A stretch of 64,000 nt of DNA from an uncultured Poribacteria bacterium (GCA_958296135.2 CATQHZ020000001.1:3584001-3648000); one strand, 5' to 3'; shown: positions 10,826 to 20,491, counted from the first letter of the stretch. Notes: generated from the sequence alone by a model not told the origin. Program-made: numbers and translations.

Positions 10826-11541
10826 TGCCGAACGCGAAAACTTACACTCCGACTGAAGGCTACGTTGACATCGCGCCTCCCGGCGAAATGGGGACGCTGC
10901 AGCTCGGCATCCTCAACCTCACACCCAACGCCACGTACTTTGACCATTCCGATGACACTGAAGTCGCCTTGATTGCACTAGGCGGCAACTGCACCCTGTT
11001 AGTCGGGCATAATGGCAACAAAGCAAACGGTATCTTAGGGGAACGTCCAGATGTCTTTCACGGCGAGGCATGCGTTGCGTTCATTCCGCACCACACAACT
11101 TACGAAGTGCTCACGGGCGAAGCGGGTATTGAAATCGCCGTTTGCAAAACGGCATCGCACTCGGAAACGGCGGCTGTCATCTTAGGCGCAGGCGAGGTAG
11201 CAGACGAAACCAACCGGCACCTCCACATCACAGAAAATGAGATGCCAAACCGGCGCGGCGGCGAAGCAGTCTGCCTCATCCGATATCCGCACGAAGAAAG
11301 CACCACGGTCTTCCAATTTCCAAGCATCGGCGATGGAGAAAAGAAAGAGGCGGATATGATGAATCACATCCGCCCGTCACGCCTATTCTCTTTCAACAAT
11401 TCGGGTTTCCCCGAATTGTTGCCCCCCGGTAGGCGAGAGCTCCCGGTCCCGATGTTCGGATTCTCTTTCAACAATTCGGGTTTCCCCGAATTGTTGTCCT
11501 CTGAGCGCGCCTATACGTTGTGGATAGCGCACGTGGTATAG
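10825..11541 (+). CDS. IolB/KduI-like cupin protein with a repeat-derived C-terminus
   Basis: EVALIALGGNC, GERPDVFHG resemble the IolB N-terminal half; C-terminus contains FSFNNSGFPELL twice. Confidence 0.5.
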   Translation: MPNAKTYTPTEGYVDIAPPGEMGTLQLGILNLTPNATYFDHSDDTEVALIALGGNCTLLVGHNGNKANGILGERPDVFHGEACVAFIPHHTTYEVLTGEAGIEIAVCKTASHSETAAVILGAGEVADETNRHLHITENEMPNRRGGEAVCLIRYPHEESTTVFQFPSIGDGEKKEADMMNHIRPSRLFSFNNSGFPELLPPGRRELPVPMFGFSFNNSGFPELLSSERAYTLWIAHVV

Positions 11542-11545
11542 AGCG

Positions 11546-11848
11546 TCACTCCCCTTCGATCAGCTCCCCGCCCTTTTTCAGAAAAGCGACAGCACTCCGA
11601 GAAATCTGCACCTTCACCTCCTGGCTGTTCACTTCGCCTACGGAGATGAGGATGATATTCTTATCGTTGCTGAGGCCGAGAATTTTGCCGTGCAACCCGC
11701 CGTTGGTGACGATTTCATCACCTTTGGACAGGTTCTCAAGCATGTTCTGGTGTTTTTTGCGTTTGGCTTGCTCCGGACGCCAGAGTAAGAAATACATTAT
11801 CGCCCCCATCGCGATAAACGGAACAAGCAAACCTCCTATCTGTTCCAT
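11546..11848 (-). CDS. yajC: Preprotein translocase subunit YajC
   Basis: MYFLLWRPEQ...LSKGDEIVTNGGLHGKI; downstream of queA. Confidence 0.92.
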   Translation of the reverse strand: MEQIGGLLVPFIAMGAIMYFLLWRPEQAKRKKHQNMLENLSKGDEIVTNGGLHGKILGLSNDKNIILISVGEVNSQEVKVQISRSAVAFLKKGGELIEGE

Positions 11849-11930
11849 GAAGTGTCTCCTTCTACAATTTCCGGCAAGTGCGGTTTGCAACCCCGCCTAC
11901 CGGGTTCGTTCAGTATTTGTTCACCTTACC

Positions 11931-12986
11931 CTAAAGAATCAGCATGGCATCGCCATAACTGTAAAAACGGTAGTTATGCCGGAGTGCCTCCTGATATGCC
12001 TCGCGAATCAGTTTGACATCGGCGAAGGCACTCACTAGCATAAGTAAGGTAGATTTCGGTAGATGGAAGTTGGTAATCAGTGCATCTACCACGTTGAATT
12101 GATGACCGGGGTAGATAAACAGCTCGCTCTCGCCGCGATAAGGGGTGACGGTACCAGTGCTCCCGGCCGTTTCCAGCGCGCGCACCACCGTCGTCCCGAC
12201 AGCGACGATTTTCCGCCCGGCTCCCCGCGCCGAACGGATACGCTCCGCCCCAGCGGCGGTGAGATGGATGTATTCGGCATGCATCTTATGAGTGCCAATA
12301 TCTTCCACCTTCACCGGCTGAAATGTGCCGATTCCGACGTGCAAAGTCAACGTAGCGGTTTTTATCCCGGTCGCGCGCAATCTCTCCAGCAGTTCTTGCG
12401 TGAAGTGCAAGCCGGCAGTCGGTGCAGCAATCGCGCCGTCGGCATCGGCGTAAACGCATTGGTACCGCGCCGCATCTTCTGCACTCGGCGCGCGTTTGAT
12501 GTAGGGCGGCAACGGCACCTGTCCGATGCTCGCCAAAATGTCTGCAAACGTTCCCTCACAGTAGAAACGGACTTGACAGAACCCATCAGCTGGTATCTTA
12601 ACGACTTCTGCGATAAGTTCCCCATCCCCAAATGAAACCCGCGTGCCAACCTTCAGACTCCGCCGGGGTCTGGCAAGCACTTCCCAAATGGCGCGTAAGG
12701 ACAAATTTCTACAGCTGCCCGCTCTCTTTTCTCGGACGAGAAGCAACTCAACTTTGCCGCCGGTCTCCATTTTTTTACCGATGAGCCGTGCCGGAATCAC
12801 TTTCGTGTCGTTCAGCACGAGCATCGCGTTCTCCGGCAGGAATTCGCCAATCTGCGAAAACCGGGTGTGATGAAACGTGCGCGCGTCTCTCTCAATCACC
12901 ATGAGCCGCGAACCATCGCGCCGCTGAAGGGGGAACTGCGCAATGCTGTCTGCCGGCAAAGGGTAATCAAAGTCTGCAAGTTGCAT
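11931..12986 (-). CDS. queA: S-adenosylmethionine:tRNA ribosyltransferase-isomerase
   Basis: DFDYPLP, NDTKVIPARL, PLPPYIKR, AAPTAGLHF, TNFHLPKSTL, RFYSYGDAM. Confidence 0.97.
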   Translation of the reverse strand: MQLADFDYPLPADSIAQFPLQRRDGSRLMVIERDARTFHHTRFSQIGEFLPENAMLVLNDTKVIPARLIGKKMETGGKVELLLVREKRAGSCRNLSLRAIWEVLARPRRSLKVGTRVSFGDGELIAEVVKIPADGFCQVRFYCEGTFADILASIGQVPLPPYIKRAPSAEDAARYQCVYADADGAIAAPTAGLHFTQELLERLRATGIKTATLTLHVGIGTFQPVKVEDIGTHKMHAEYIHLTAAGAERIRSARGAGRKIVAVGTTVVRALETAGSTGTVTPYRGESELFIYPGHQFNVVDALITNFHLPKSTLLMLVSAFADVKLIREAYQEALRHNYRFYSYGDAMLIL

Positions 12987-12987
12987 A

Positions 12988-14013
12988 TTAATAGAACAGC
13001 GAAGGTTGAGTGCCGACCGGGTAGTCAAAGTATTCATAGGCGGCATCTGTCGCGACGCGCCCACCCGGTGTCAGCATCAACAGCCCCTCTTTGATATAGT
13101 AAGGTTCGTAGACCTCGGAGATAGTGCGTTCGTCTTCACTGAGCGCGACCGCGAGTGCCTTCAGCCCCGCGCGTCCGTTGAATTTCTCAATAAGCGTGCG
13201 GAAATAGGCGTAATCTTGCGAGTCTAATCCGCGTTCATCAATGCCGAAAAACGCCAGGGCCTCCTCCGCAACCTCAAACGTGAGAACGCCGTTGCCCTTC
13301 ACCTCGGCGTAGTCTCTGACGTTCGCCAGCAATTTATTAGCAATTCGCATCGTACCGCGCGAACGCCGGGCCAACGCGTATTCTGCCTCGTCTTCAATAT
13401 CAATGTTGAGTTTCGCGCTGTTGATTCGGATAGCCTGCTGGATGTCCACCGGTTCGTAATAATCCAAATGGATGCGGATGCCGAACCGGTCGCGAAACGG
13501 ACCGGCGAGCAGGCCCTCGCGCGTCGTCGCACCGACAAGCGTGAAACGCGCGATATCCAGTTGCACAACATCCGACGCGGGGCCCTGGCCAATCGCCAGA
13601 TCCAACTGGTAATCCTCCATCGCCGGGTATAGCGATTCTTGGACATACCCTTTCATCCGGTGGATTTCGTCAATAAATAGGATATCGCCCTTCTCCAGGT
13701 TGGACAACGTCGAGACAATGTCTAGTTTCTCCATGACGGGGCCGATGGCCTGCTTAAAATTAGTCTCAATTTCATTAGAGATAATCTTCGCAAGCGTCGT
13801 CTTCCCGAGCCCCGGCGGACTGACGAGGAGCACATGTTCCAACGCATCTCCCCGCTTTTTAGCGGCTTCAATGTGGATACGGAGCTGCTCCTTGGCTCTC
13901 TCCTGCCCGATAAATTCCTTCAGCGTCTCCGGCCGGAGGCTATATTCAAAGCCATCGTCTTCAACAGCCAAATCGTGCATCCGGGAAGCATCCGATGTGT
14001 CGTGGTTAGCCAT
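12988..14013 (-). CDS. ruvB: Holliday junction branch migration helicase RuvB
   Basis: SLRPETLKEFIGQ, PPGLGKTT, FIDEIHR, LYPAMED, TLVGATTR. Confidence 0.97.
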   Translation of the reverse strand: MANHDTSDASRMHDLAVEDDGFEYSLRPETLKEFIGQERAKEQLRIHIEAAKKRGDALEHVLLVSPPGLGKTTLAKIISNEIETNFKQAIGPVMEKLDIVSTLSNLEKGDILFIDEIHRMKGYVQESLYPAMEDYQLDLAIGQGPASDVVQLDIARFTLVGATTREGLLAGPFRDRFGIRIHLDYYEPVDIQQAIRINSAKLNIDIEDEAEYALARRSRGTMRIANKLLANVRDYAEVKGNGVLTFEVAEEALAFFGIDERGLDSQDYAYFRTLIEKFNGRAGLKALAVALSEDERTISEVYEPYYIKEGLLMLTPGGRVATDAAYEYFDYPVGTQPSLFY

Positions 14014-14132
14014 TCTCGCTTACCTATCGTCTGATGAATATTCAAATGAGTTCCGAACAGGACAGACGCAAATGTCAGCAGTGAGGAGGGGCAGTTGAAA
14101 ACCGCACCTCCGAGGTCGAGTCTGCGGCCATC

Positions 14133-14726
14133 CTACCGAATATAGCGCAGTGCCTGCTTCACCAAATTTTCTCGCTGTGCCGACTCACCGAGCACCTTCT
14201 GCGCCCTCTCAACGGCTTGCTCAGCGTCAAGCTCCGATGCACCCAAATTGACCAGGATTTTTATCACCTCCGCGTCTGCTCCACCGGCGCGCGCCAGCCC
14301 CGCCTCGCCTTCAAATTTCACCTTCGTCATGTGCTTCTTGAGCTTCATGATGATGAAATGAGCGTTCTCTTTGCCCAACCGCGGCACCCGCATCAACGTC
14401 GTGGTATCGCCTTGATGAACAGCGCGTTGGAATTGCGGCGGTGTCAACTTCGCAACGATGTTTTGCGCCAGCGCGGGACCGACACCTTTCACCGTCAGTG
14501 CCATTTCAAAGACTTTCAGGGCATCTCTGGAAGTGAAACCGTAGAGGGTAATGTCATTTTCGCGATTTTGGTAATAATGCGTGTAAAAGGTGACCTGCTC
14601 GCCCACCAACGGTAAATCATCGCCGGTTTTCGGTGGAATATCCACGGCATACCCGATGCCGTTCACATCCACGACAACCTGTTTCGTGTCTTTATGGGCA
14701 ACAACCCCTTTGACATAAGCAATCAT
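14133..14726 (-). CDS. ruvA: Holliday junction branch migration protein RuvA
   Basis: MIAYVKG, VNGIGY, LYGF, VKGVGP; lies between ruvC and ruvB. Confidence 0.95.
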   Translation of the reverse strand: MIAYVKGVVAHKDTKQVVVDVNGIGYAVDIPPKTGDDLPLVGEQVTFYTHYYQNRENDITLYGFTSRDALKVFEMALTVKGVGPALAQNIVAKLTPPQFQRAVHQGDTTTLMRVPRLGKENAHFIIMKLKKHMTKVKFEGEAGLARAGGADAEVIKILVNLGASELDAEQAVERAQKVLGESAQRENLVKQALRYIR

Positions 14727-14811
14727 TTTTTTCGTCCTTCTCGGAAAATCGCTGCGTGGCGAGGGAAACCCTCGGCGATTCACGCTCGCCGGGTTTTCCC
14801 TCGCCCCACAG

Positions 14812-15333
14812 TTACCGGAACCTCTCGCGCAACTCAAGCACTTTATAGGAACGCGCGTGGCAAAGCGCGACAGCAAGCGCATCCGCAGCGTGGTCTGGAC
14901 GAGGTACCTGCTTAAGCCGGAGCAACGCTTGGACCATCCGTTGCATCTGGGTTTTCGTGGCTCGCCCGTACCCCACTACCGCCTGTTTGATTTGCGATGG
15001 GGTATACGTTGTAACAGGACATCCCGCGCTCGCCGCCGCAAGCTTCACGATACCCTTGACTTCGCCGACAGCAAACGCGCTACTCACATTCTTGCTGAAG
15101 AAGATATCCTCAAGCACCACAACATCAATAGCGAATTCCGTAATCAGGCGCGCCACTTCATCGTGAATCTGTTTCAGGCGCGCTTCCGATGCAGTCTGCG
15201 CGCTCGTCCGAATGTTCCCGTAGGCACGCGAAATCGCCCGGTTCGCGTGGGATTCCACCACGCCGTACCCTGTATTCGCAATGCCCGGGTCAATACCAAG
15301 AATAATCAACGGTTTTGTGTCACGATGAGACAT
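14812..15333 (-). CDS. ruvC: Crossover junction endodeoxyribonuclease RuvC
   Basis: ILGIDPG, VVGYGRATKTQM, PDHAADALAVALCH. Confidence 0.97.
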   Translation of the reverse strand: MSHRDTKPLIILGIDPGIANTGYGVVESHANRAISRAYGNIRTSAQTASEARLKQIHDEVARLITEFAIDVVVLEDIFFSKNVSSAFAVGEVKGIVKLAAASAGCPVTTYTPSQIKQAVVGYGRATKTQMQRMVQALLRLKQVPRPDHAADALAVALCHARSYKVLELRERFR

Positions 15334-15347
15334 CGCTCCTACCAGTG

Positions 15348-16094
15348 CTACGCGGCGGCCTCTAATAGGGCATCGGGGATGTCAAAGTTGGCATAGACTT
15401 TCTGCACGTCTTCCAGCTCATCAAGCGCTTCCATCAGCCGGAGCATCCGTTCCGCTTCCTTCCCTTCAAGTCTCACGGTGTTCCGCGGAATCATGCTGAT
15501 TTCAGCGAGGTGGATGTCGGCTTCCGTCGCTTGGATTGCCGTTAGGACGTTATCGAACATGTCAAAAGGTGTGACGATTTCGATGCCTGTCTCCGAGGAG
15601 CTGATATCTTCCGCGCCTGCGTCCGCCGCAATCATAAAGAGTTCGTCCTCATCAATGCTCTCCGGTCCGACGACGACGAGGCCGCACCTGTCAAACCCCC
15701 ATGCGACGCTGCCGCGTTCGCCCATTCTGCCATGGTGTTTACTGAAAGTGTGCCGGATTGCGGCGACTGCGCGATTGCGGTTGTCTGTCAACACCTCAAT
15801 CATTAGCGCGACACCGCCAGGGCCGTATCCTTCGTAGAGGATTTCTTCATAATCAGCCCCGCCAAGCTCGCCGGTGCCACGAAGCACCGCTTTCTCGATA
15901 TTATCGTTCGGGACATTGCTTGACTTCGCCATCGCAATTGCAGTGCGGAGCCGCGGATTCATGTCCACATCTCCGCCGCCGATGCGCGCTGCCGCGGTAA
16001 TCTCCTTCACCAATTTGGAGAAGAGTTTCCCGCGCCTAGAATCGTTCGCCGCTTTCTTATGTTTAATTGTCGACCATTTTGAGTGTCCTGACAT
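15348..16094 (-). CDS. yebC: YebC/PmpR family protein
   Basis: MSGHSKWSTIKHKK, YEGYGPGG, TDNRNR, DVQKVYAN. Confidence 0.97.
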   Translation of the reverse strand: MSGHSKWSTIKHKKAANDSRRGKLFSKLVKEITAAARIGGGDVDMNPRLRTAIAMAKSSNVPNDNIEKAVLRGTGELGGADYEEILYEGYGPGGVALMIEVLTDNRNRAVAAIRHTFSKHHGRMGERGSVAWGFDRCGLVVVGPESIDEDELFMIAADAGAEDISSSETGIEIVTPFDMFDNVLTAIQATEADIHLAEISMIPRNTVRLEGKEAERMLRLMEALDELEDVQKVYANFDIPDALLEAAA

Positions 16095-16233
16095 AACGTG
16101 TATCCTTCCTGAATTATCGGTTTCAAGTTGCGTCGGAAATCGCGCCTACAAAATGAGTATAGCACAACGCGAAAAAAAATGCAACCCAAATCGCTGGAAG
16201 AAAATTAGCAGATTCAGTTCTCTTAGCTGCACG

Positions 16234-17292
16234 CTAAATTCTGCCCCGTTCCTCAAGCATTTTGACAGTTTGGATTGCCGCCTTTCTTGCGGCTTCGTTG
16301 GCGATGCGCTCGCTTTCCTCGCGCGCGGTTTGCGCTGCGACGCGTTTGCCTTCCTTGGCGGCCCGTTTTGCCACCTCGTTAGCCGCTTCGTGCGCTGCTT
16401 CGTTGGCGATGCGCTCGCTTTCCCGGGTCGCCTGCGCTGCGATTTCACTCGCTACCTGCTTGGCAACCTCACTCGCAGCTTGTATCGCTACCTCTCGCGC
16501 GATACGCTCGTTTTCCTGAGATGCTTCTCTGACGATGCGCTCCACGTTGCTGGTTGTCTGCGCGGCGATTTCGCCTGCAATCTCTTTCGCGACCTCGGCA
16601 GCTGCCACGCGAGCGGCTTCGCGCGCAATCCGTTCGTTTTCCTGCATCGTCTCATTTATCAGACGCTCGTTTGTCGCCATTGCAGCGTCAACAATGCGTC
16701 GGTTCTCGGCGGTTGCCTCGCTGACGATGCGCTCAGTCTCCTTTGTTGTTTGCGCGGCGATTTCACTCGCAATCTCTTTTGCGACTTCGCGAGCGACTTC
16801 GCGTGCAATATGCTCGTGTTTCTCCATCGCCTCGTCTATAGCGCGCCGGTTTTCGGCGATTGCCGCGTTTATTGCGCGTTCGTTTTTCTCCATCGCCTCG
16901 TCAACGATGCGCCTATTTTCAGCTATCGCCTCGTCAACGACGCGGTGAACTTCCATGAGCAACTCGCGCCGGAATAAATCCGCCTCCTGCCGCCATAAGG
17001 CAACTTCTTTTGTCAGGTTATCGAATTTCTCAGCCTGATTATCGAATTTCTCAGACAAATTCTGCTGAGAGTTTTCAATCCGAGTCAAGCGATTCTCCGA
17101 TTTCTCAGCCTGATTATCGAATTTCTCAGACAAATTCTGCTGAGAGTTTTCAATCCGAGTCAAGCGATTCTCCGATGCGTCGTCCCGCTTTTTGCGGCTC
17201 CACAGCCAGACGAGAAGTATCCCAATCCCAGTCGCAATCAGCGACGCGACGATAGGGAACACAAGATTGGTAAGTAACGGGTTAGAAAGCAC
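16234..17292 (-). CDS. Membrane-anchored repetitive coiled-coil protein
   Basis: GTG start after AGGAGG; one N-terminal TM helix; duplicated SENRLTRIENSQQNLSEKFDNQAEK; long Ala/Glu/Arg-rich repeats. Confidence 0.7.
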   Translation of the reverse strand: MLSNPLLTNLVFPIVASLIATGIGILLVWLWSRKKRDDASENRLTRIENSQQNLSEKFDNQAEKSENRLTRIENSQQNLSEKFDNQAEKFDNLTKEVALWRQEADLFRRELLMEVHRVVDEAIAENRRIVDEAMEKNERAINAAIAENRRAIDEAMEKHEHIAREVAREVAKEIASEIAAQTTKETERIVSEATAENRRIVDAAMATNERLINETMQENERIAREAARVAAAEVAKEIAGEIAAQTTSNVERIVREASQENERIAREVAIQAASEVAKQVASEIAAQATRESERIANEAAHEAANEVAKRAAKEGKRVAAQTAREESERIANEAARKAAIQTVKMLEERGRI

Positions 17293-17432
17293 AAAAACAT
17301 CCTCCTTTTCAGTTAAACTTAACACAAGTATAACATAAAAAGGCACCGATGTCAAGTCAAAAAAGTTTTTGTTGAATAAACCTCGCGACGTGTGGTAAAA
17401 TACTTAATCGAGCGTCTAAGGGGTTTTTTGTA

Positions 17433-17565
17433 TTATACCCAATTCATCTCTGGCATCCGAGCTTGCAACCCTCCGATGTTAGTGACATCGGGAGCTCGCC
17501 CAGGTCAAACTTAGGCGTTTTTGGCTTACGGAACCGAGATAATTTTCTAACGTAATTTGGTATAA
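17433..17565. mobile_element. MITE-like element with 12-bp terminal inverted repeats
   Basis: TTATACCCAATT...AATTTGGTATAA; internal CCGATGTTAGTGACATCGG hairpin shared with a partial copy at about 52438-52505. Confidence 0.5.
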
Positions 17566-17669
17566 GGACTCGCGCGGGACAGCCCCGGTAGGCGCGCTTT
17601 GAAAGCGCGCCTACCGGCAGCGCAGGCGCGGAAGTCCTGTGTATCCTCTACGCTGATGAGTGGAGTGCT

Positions 17670-18476
17670 ATGTTACCTTTTGTGCTTAAATTTGCAGATA
17701 GCCCGGTGGAGAGCCTTCACCGGATTAACGCCGAGATGCAACGCGAGGGCCGGCGCGAGGCGCTCGATCTGGACATTGAGGTTGATGTCCAAATTGAACT
17801 TTATTCGCAGGAGATTGACGGTGCGCAGACAGCACAACAAATCTTGCAAGAAGCTACCGAAAGCGCATATCAGGAGTTTATCGGCTTCCTCCGAAGCGTC
17901 TCGCATCCCGTGGAATTTCTGCCTTTCGGATTGCTGCAGCAATTTTCCGGCCGACGCTACTGCCTCATACTGTCTACCGCCCGCTCGCACGAACTCTTTG
18001 ACATGTGCCACATGCAGCCCGACCCGAGGCACGCTGTTCTGCAATACGGCGGTTATGAACTTACCATCATCGCGAGAAGACACCTCGCGGATACGGAGGC
18101 GTTTTTGGTAGAACCGAAGAAGCACGCGCTTTTCATTCGCCAGGTCCGTGCCGAAGACACGATTCGCGTCTATCGCAGCAGTTTCATGAACCTGACCCGG
18201 GCAACACCTCCCCCATTCAGCCTGGATGCCCGCGAAATCATTCAGAACGTCCAACTGGAACTCGTAGGGCAAACAGAACGCGCCGTGCGGATAGAGCAAC
18301 TGCTGATGTTCCCACCGCCTGCTGAAGAGGCAACTGAAGCGCGCATCACCAACTGCCCTGAGTGCGGCGGACGCGTCAGACCGCTCGGCAAAGAACGGCA
18401 TTTCTGCTTGGATTGCGATTGGGATGATCTGCCGCTGCTAAAAAGAACCACATCGTGCCCGCCAGAAAATAATTAG
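17670..18476 (+). CDS. Hypothetical protein with C-terminal zinc ribbon
   Basis: GGAG RBS; CPECGG...FCLDC four-Cys motif. Confidence 0.65.
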   Translation: MLPFVLKFADSPVESLHRINAEMQREGRREALDLDIEVDVQIELYSQEIDGAQTAQQILQEATESAYQEFIGFLRSVSHPVEFLPFGLLQQFSGRRYCLILSTARSHELFDMCHMQPDPRHAVLQYGGYELTIIARRHLADTEAFLVEPKKHALFIRQVRAEDTIRVYRSSFMNLTRATPPPFSLDAREIIQNVQLELVGQTERAVRIEQLLMFPPPAEEATEARITNCPECGGRVRPLGKERHFCLDCDWDDLPLLKRTTSCPPENN

Positions 18477-18523
18477 GACACCCCTGATACATACCGGGAG
18501 GCGCGAGGCATATTCATAAATGG

Positions 18524-19141
18524 CTAATAATAGAACCGCGCTTTGACATAGAAAACGAGGGCTGTGTTGCCGACTGCGAGCACCGCGCCAACCACGGTCT
18601 GAAGCAGCGTATGCCGCTTCCGGTAAACCCGAGCCCAAGCAATCAACGGCACCAGCAGAAAGAGCCACCCACATTGAGAATTCACAAGCACGACAAGCAC
18701 GGTAATGCACGCTGTCGCAACACTACTGTGGAAACTGATTTTCCATATCGGTGTAATCGCTGAGAACACAACGCTATTCGCGATATAAGCGACACCCGCC
18801 CAGACAATATGGTGCTCCGCATCAATCCAATACAGGATAACCGTGCCGACAATCATGCTCGCCAACGTGAAGCAGAGGGGTAGCAGGCGTTCCTCCTTGC
18901 TATGGAGGTGCCAGTCGCTGACTTTTGACAACCGAAACAGCATCCCGATCCAGAGAACAGGCAACACGGTAACGAACATCGCTAGAATCGTCAGCCACAG
19001 CAGTGTCTCGTGCGAGGTAACCGCATATTTCTCAACAACGACTACCGTCGTCGCAATCAGCACGAAAAATGGGCTGAAGACGAGGGAGATGCCCCAAGCC
19101 ACCCGTTCACGAAATGCTAAGAGAGTGCTACGCGTCATCAA
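18524..19141 (-). CDS. PAP2-like integral membrane protein
   Basis: Hydrophobic; KISFHS and WARVYRKRHTLLQTVVG motifs. Confidence 0.7.
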   Translation of the reverse strand: MMTRSTLLAFRERVAWGISLVFSPFFVLIATTVVVVEKYAVTSHETLLWLTILAMFVTVLPVLWIGMLFRLSKVSDWHLHSKEERLLPLCFTLASMIVGTVILYWIDAEHHIVWAGVAYIANSVVFSAITPIWKISFHSSVATACITVLVVLVNSQCGWLFLLVPLIAWARVYRKRHTLLQTVVGAVLAVGNTALVFYVKARFYY

Positions 19142-20197
19142 TTACTTTGACGGTTCCAACGTCTTAAAAAATTCCACTAAATCGGCACCGTGGGTGGAGA
19201 CGTTCACCTCGGTGTCAATTTTCGCAATATTCCCGGCTTTGTCAATGATAACGGTTAACCGCTTGACACGCCCATCAGGTGCATCTGTCGCGCCGAAAAG
19301 GAGCGCGAGGTGGCGGTGTGTATCCACCAAAAGCGGGAAATTGAGTTGATTCTCTGCCGAGAATTTCTGATGGGATTCAGCATCGTTCAGCGTAATCCCG
19401 AAAACCTGTGCATCGTGCAGAGCAAGACGACTCGACTCATCACGGAGCGAGCAGACTTCAATCGTTCAGCCACGCCCGAAATCGCGCGGATAAAAGGCAA
19501 GCACGACGTTCTTTTTGCCACGGAACTTGCTCAACTGGCGCGTTTCGCCTTTGCCATCAGTTGCGATAAAATCGGGCGCCGGTTGGTCCACCTCAATTCT
19601 CGGTAGCACTGTCTTAAGCATCGCGACAACATCTTCACCGTGTGTTTTAACCTTGACATTTTTATCTATCGAGCGGATGTAACCCGCCTTGTCAATGATA
19701 AAGGTGACCCGGTTTGAGGCGTTAAACTGAGTCATAATACCGCTATAGCGGCCGCTCACTTTAGCCGTTGGATCTGCCAGCAAGGAAAAGTCTAACTTCA
19801 GTGAGTCCCGAAAACGCCGATGCGTTTCAACAGTGTCAAGACTCACACCGAAAACCACGGTGCCGGTCGCTTTTATCTCGCTCAAATTTTCCCGGAGCGA
19901 GTTAACTTCAGTTGTTCATCCACCAGTGAAATCTTTCGGGTAAAAGGCGAGCACGACGTTCTTTTTGCCCCAGAACTCGCTGAGCGTTCGCATAACACCA
20001 GTATCATCTGGCAGCGTAAAATCGGGAGCTATCATCCCTACTTCCAGGGACTGCGATTGCGCCGCTGCTGCCAACGCCTTTGAATTTTTCACGTCATCCT
20101 CCGCGAAGACGGTGGGGCTCCAGAGGCCCACTGTGGACACAATAGCCCAACAAACGGCCGAAAATTGGAGAGCCCTCCTCCAAAACTTTTGAAACAT
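19142..20197 (-). CDS. bcp: Tandem two-domain BCP/PrxQ peroxiredoxin, selenoprotein with two UGA-Sec codons and an N-terminal signal peptide
   Basis: One frame joins three ORF-track pieces across TGA 19916-19918 (FYPKDFTGG-U-TTEVN) and TGA 19466-19468 (FYPRDFGRG-U-TIEVC); both TGAs align with the peroxidatic Cys. Confidence 0.88.
19431..19451 (-). promoter_or_regulatory. Candidate SECIS hairpin for Sec 2 of the peroxiredoxin
   Basis: CUCGCUC-CGUGAU-GAG(U)CGAG, starting 14 nt after the UGA. Confidence 0.65.
19877..19901 (-). promoter_or_regulatory. Candidate SECIS hairpin for Sec 1 of the peroxiredoxin
   Basis: CUCGCUC-CGGGAAAAUUU-GAGCGAG, starting 14 nt after the UGA. Confidence 0.65.
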
Positions 20198-20491
20198 TTC
20201 CGATACCTCAAAAATAGATTGATTAGGACTGCCGGACATAAGCGCAGTTTCAAACCGCGCCTACCGGTTGATGTAACTCTTTGCATAAGCTGCAAAGAGC
20301 CCTATTAAAATGATACCACTTTTTTCTGTGGCTGTCAAGCGAAAAAACGAACCGCCCAGAACTATTTGGTTCTCCGCTGGGCCCTGTGAAGGACAGATTG
20401 CTATATCTGTCCGTTTGTTTTGCATGTCGGGCGGATAGAGACATCCGCCCTTACAAACAACAGACCGGCAATGGAAAACGGCACCACCGCG

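Noticed and set aside
15874-16977. 367-aa plus-strand ORF and other long antisense ORFs (e.g. 40563-41675, 21413-22396)
   Set aside because: Shadow frames of well-supported opposite-strand genes in GC-rich DNA
19142-20239. Peroxiredoxin pseudogene with two nonsense mutations
   Set aside because: Both stops are TGA at the catalytic Cys position with matching downstream hairpins, which favours Sec recoding
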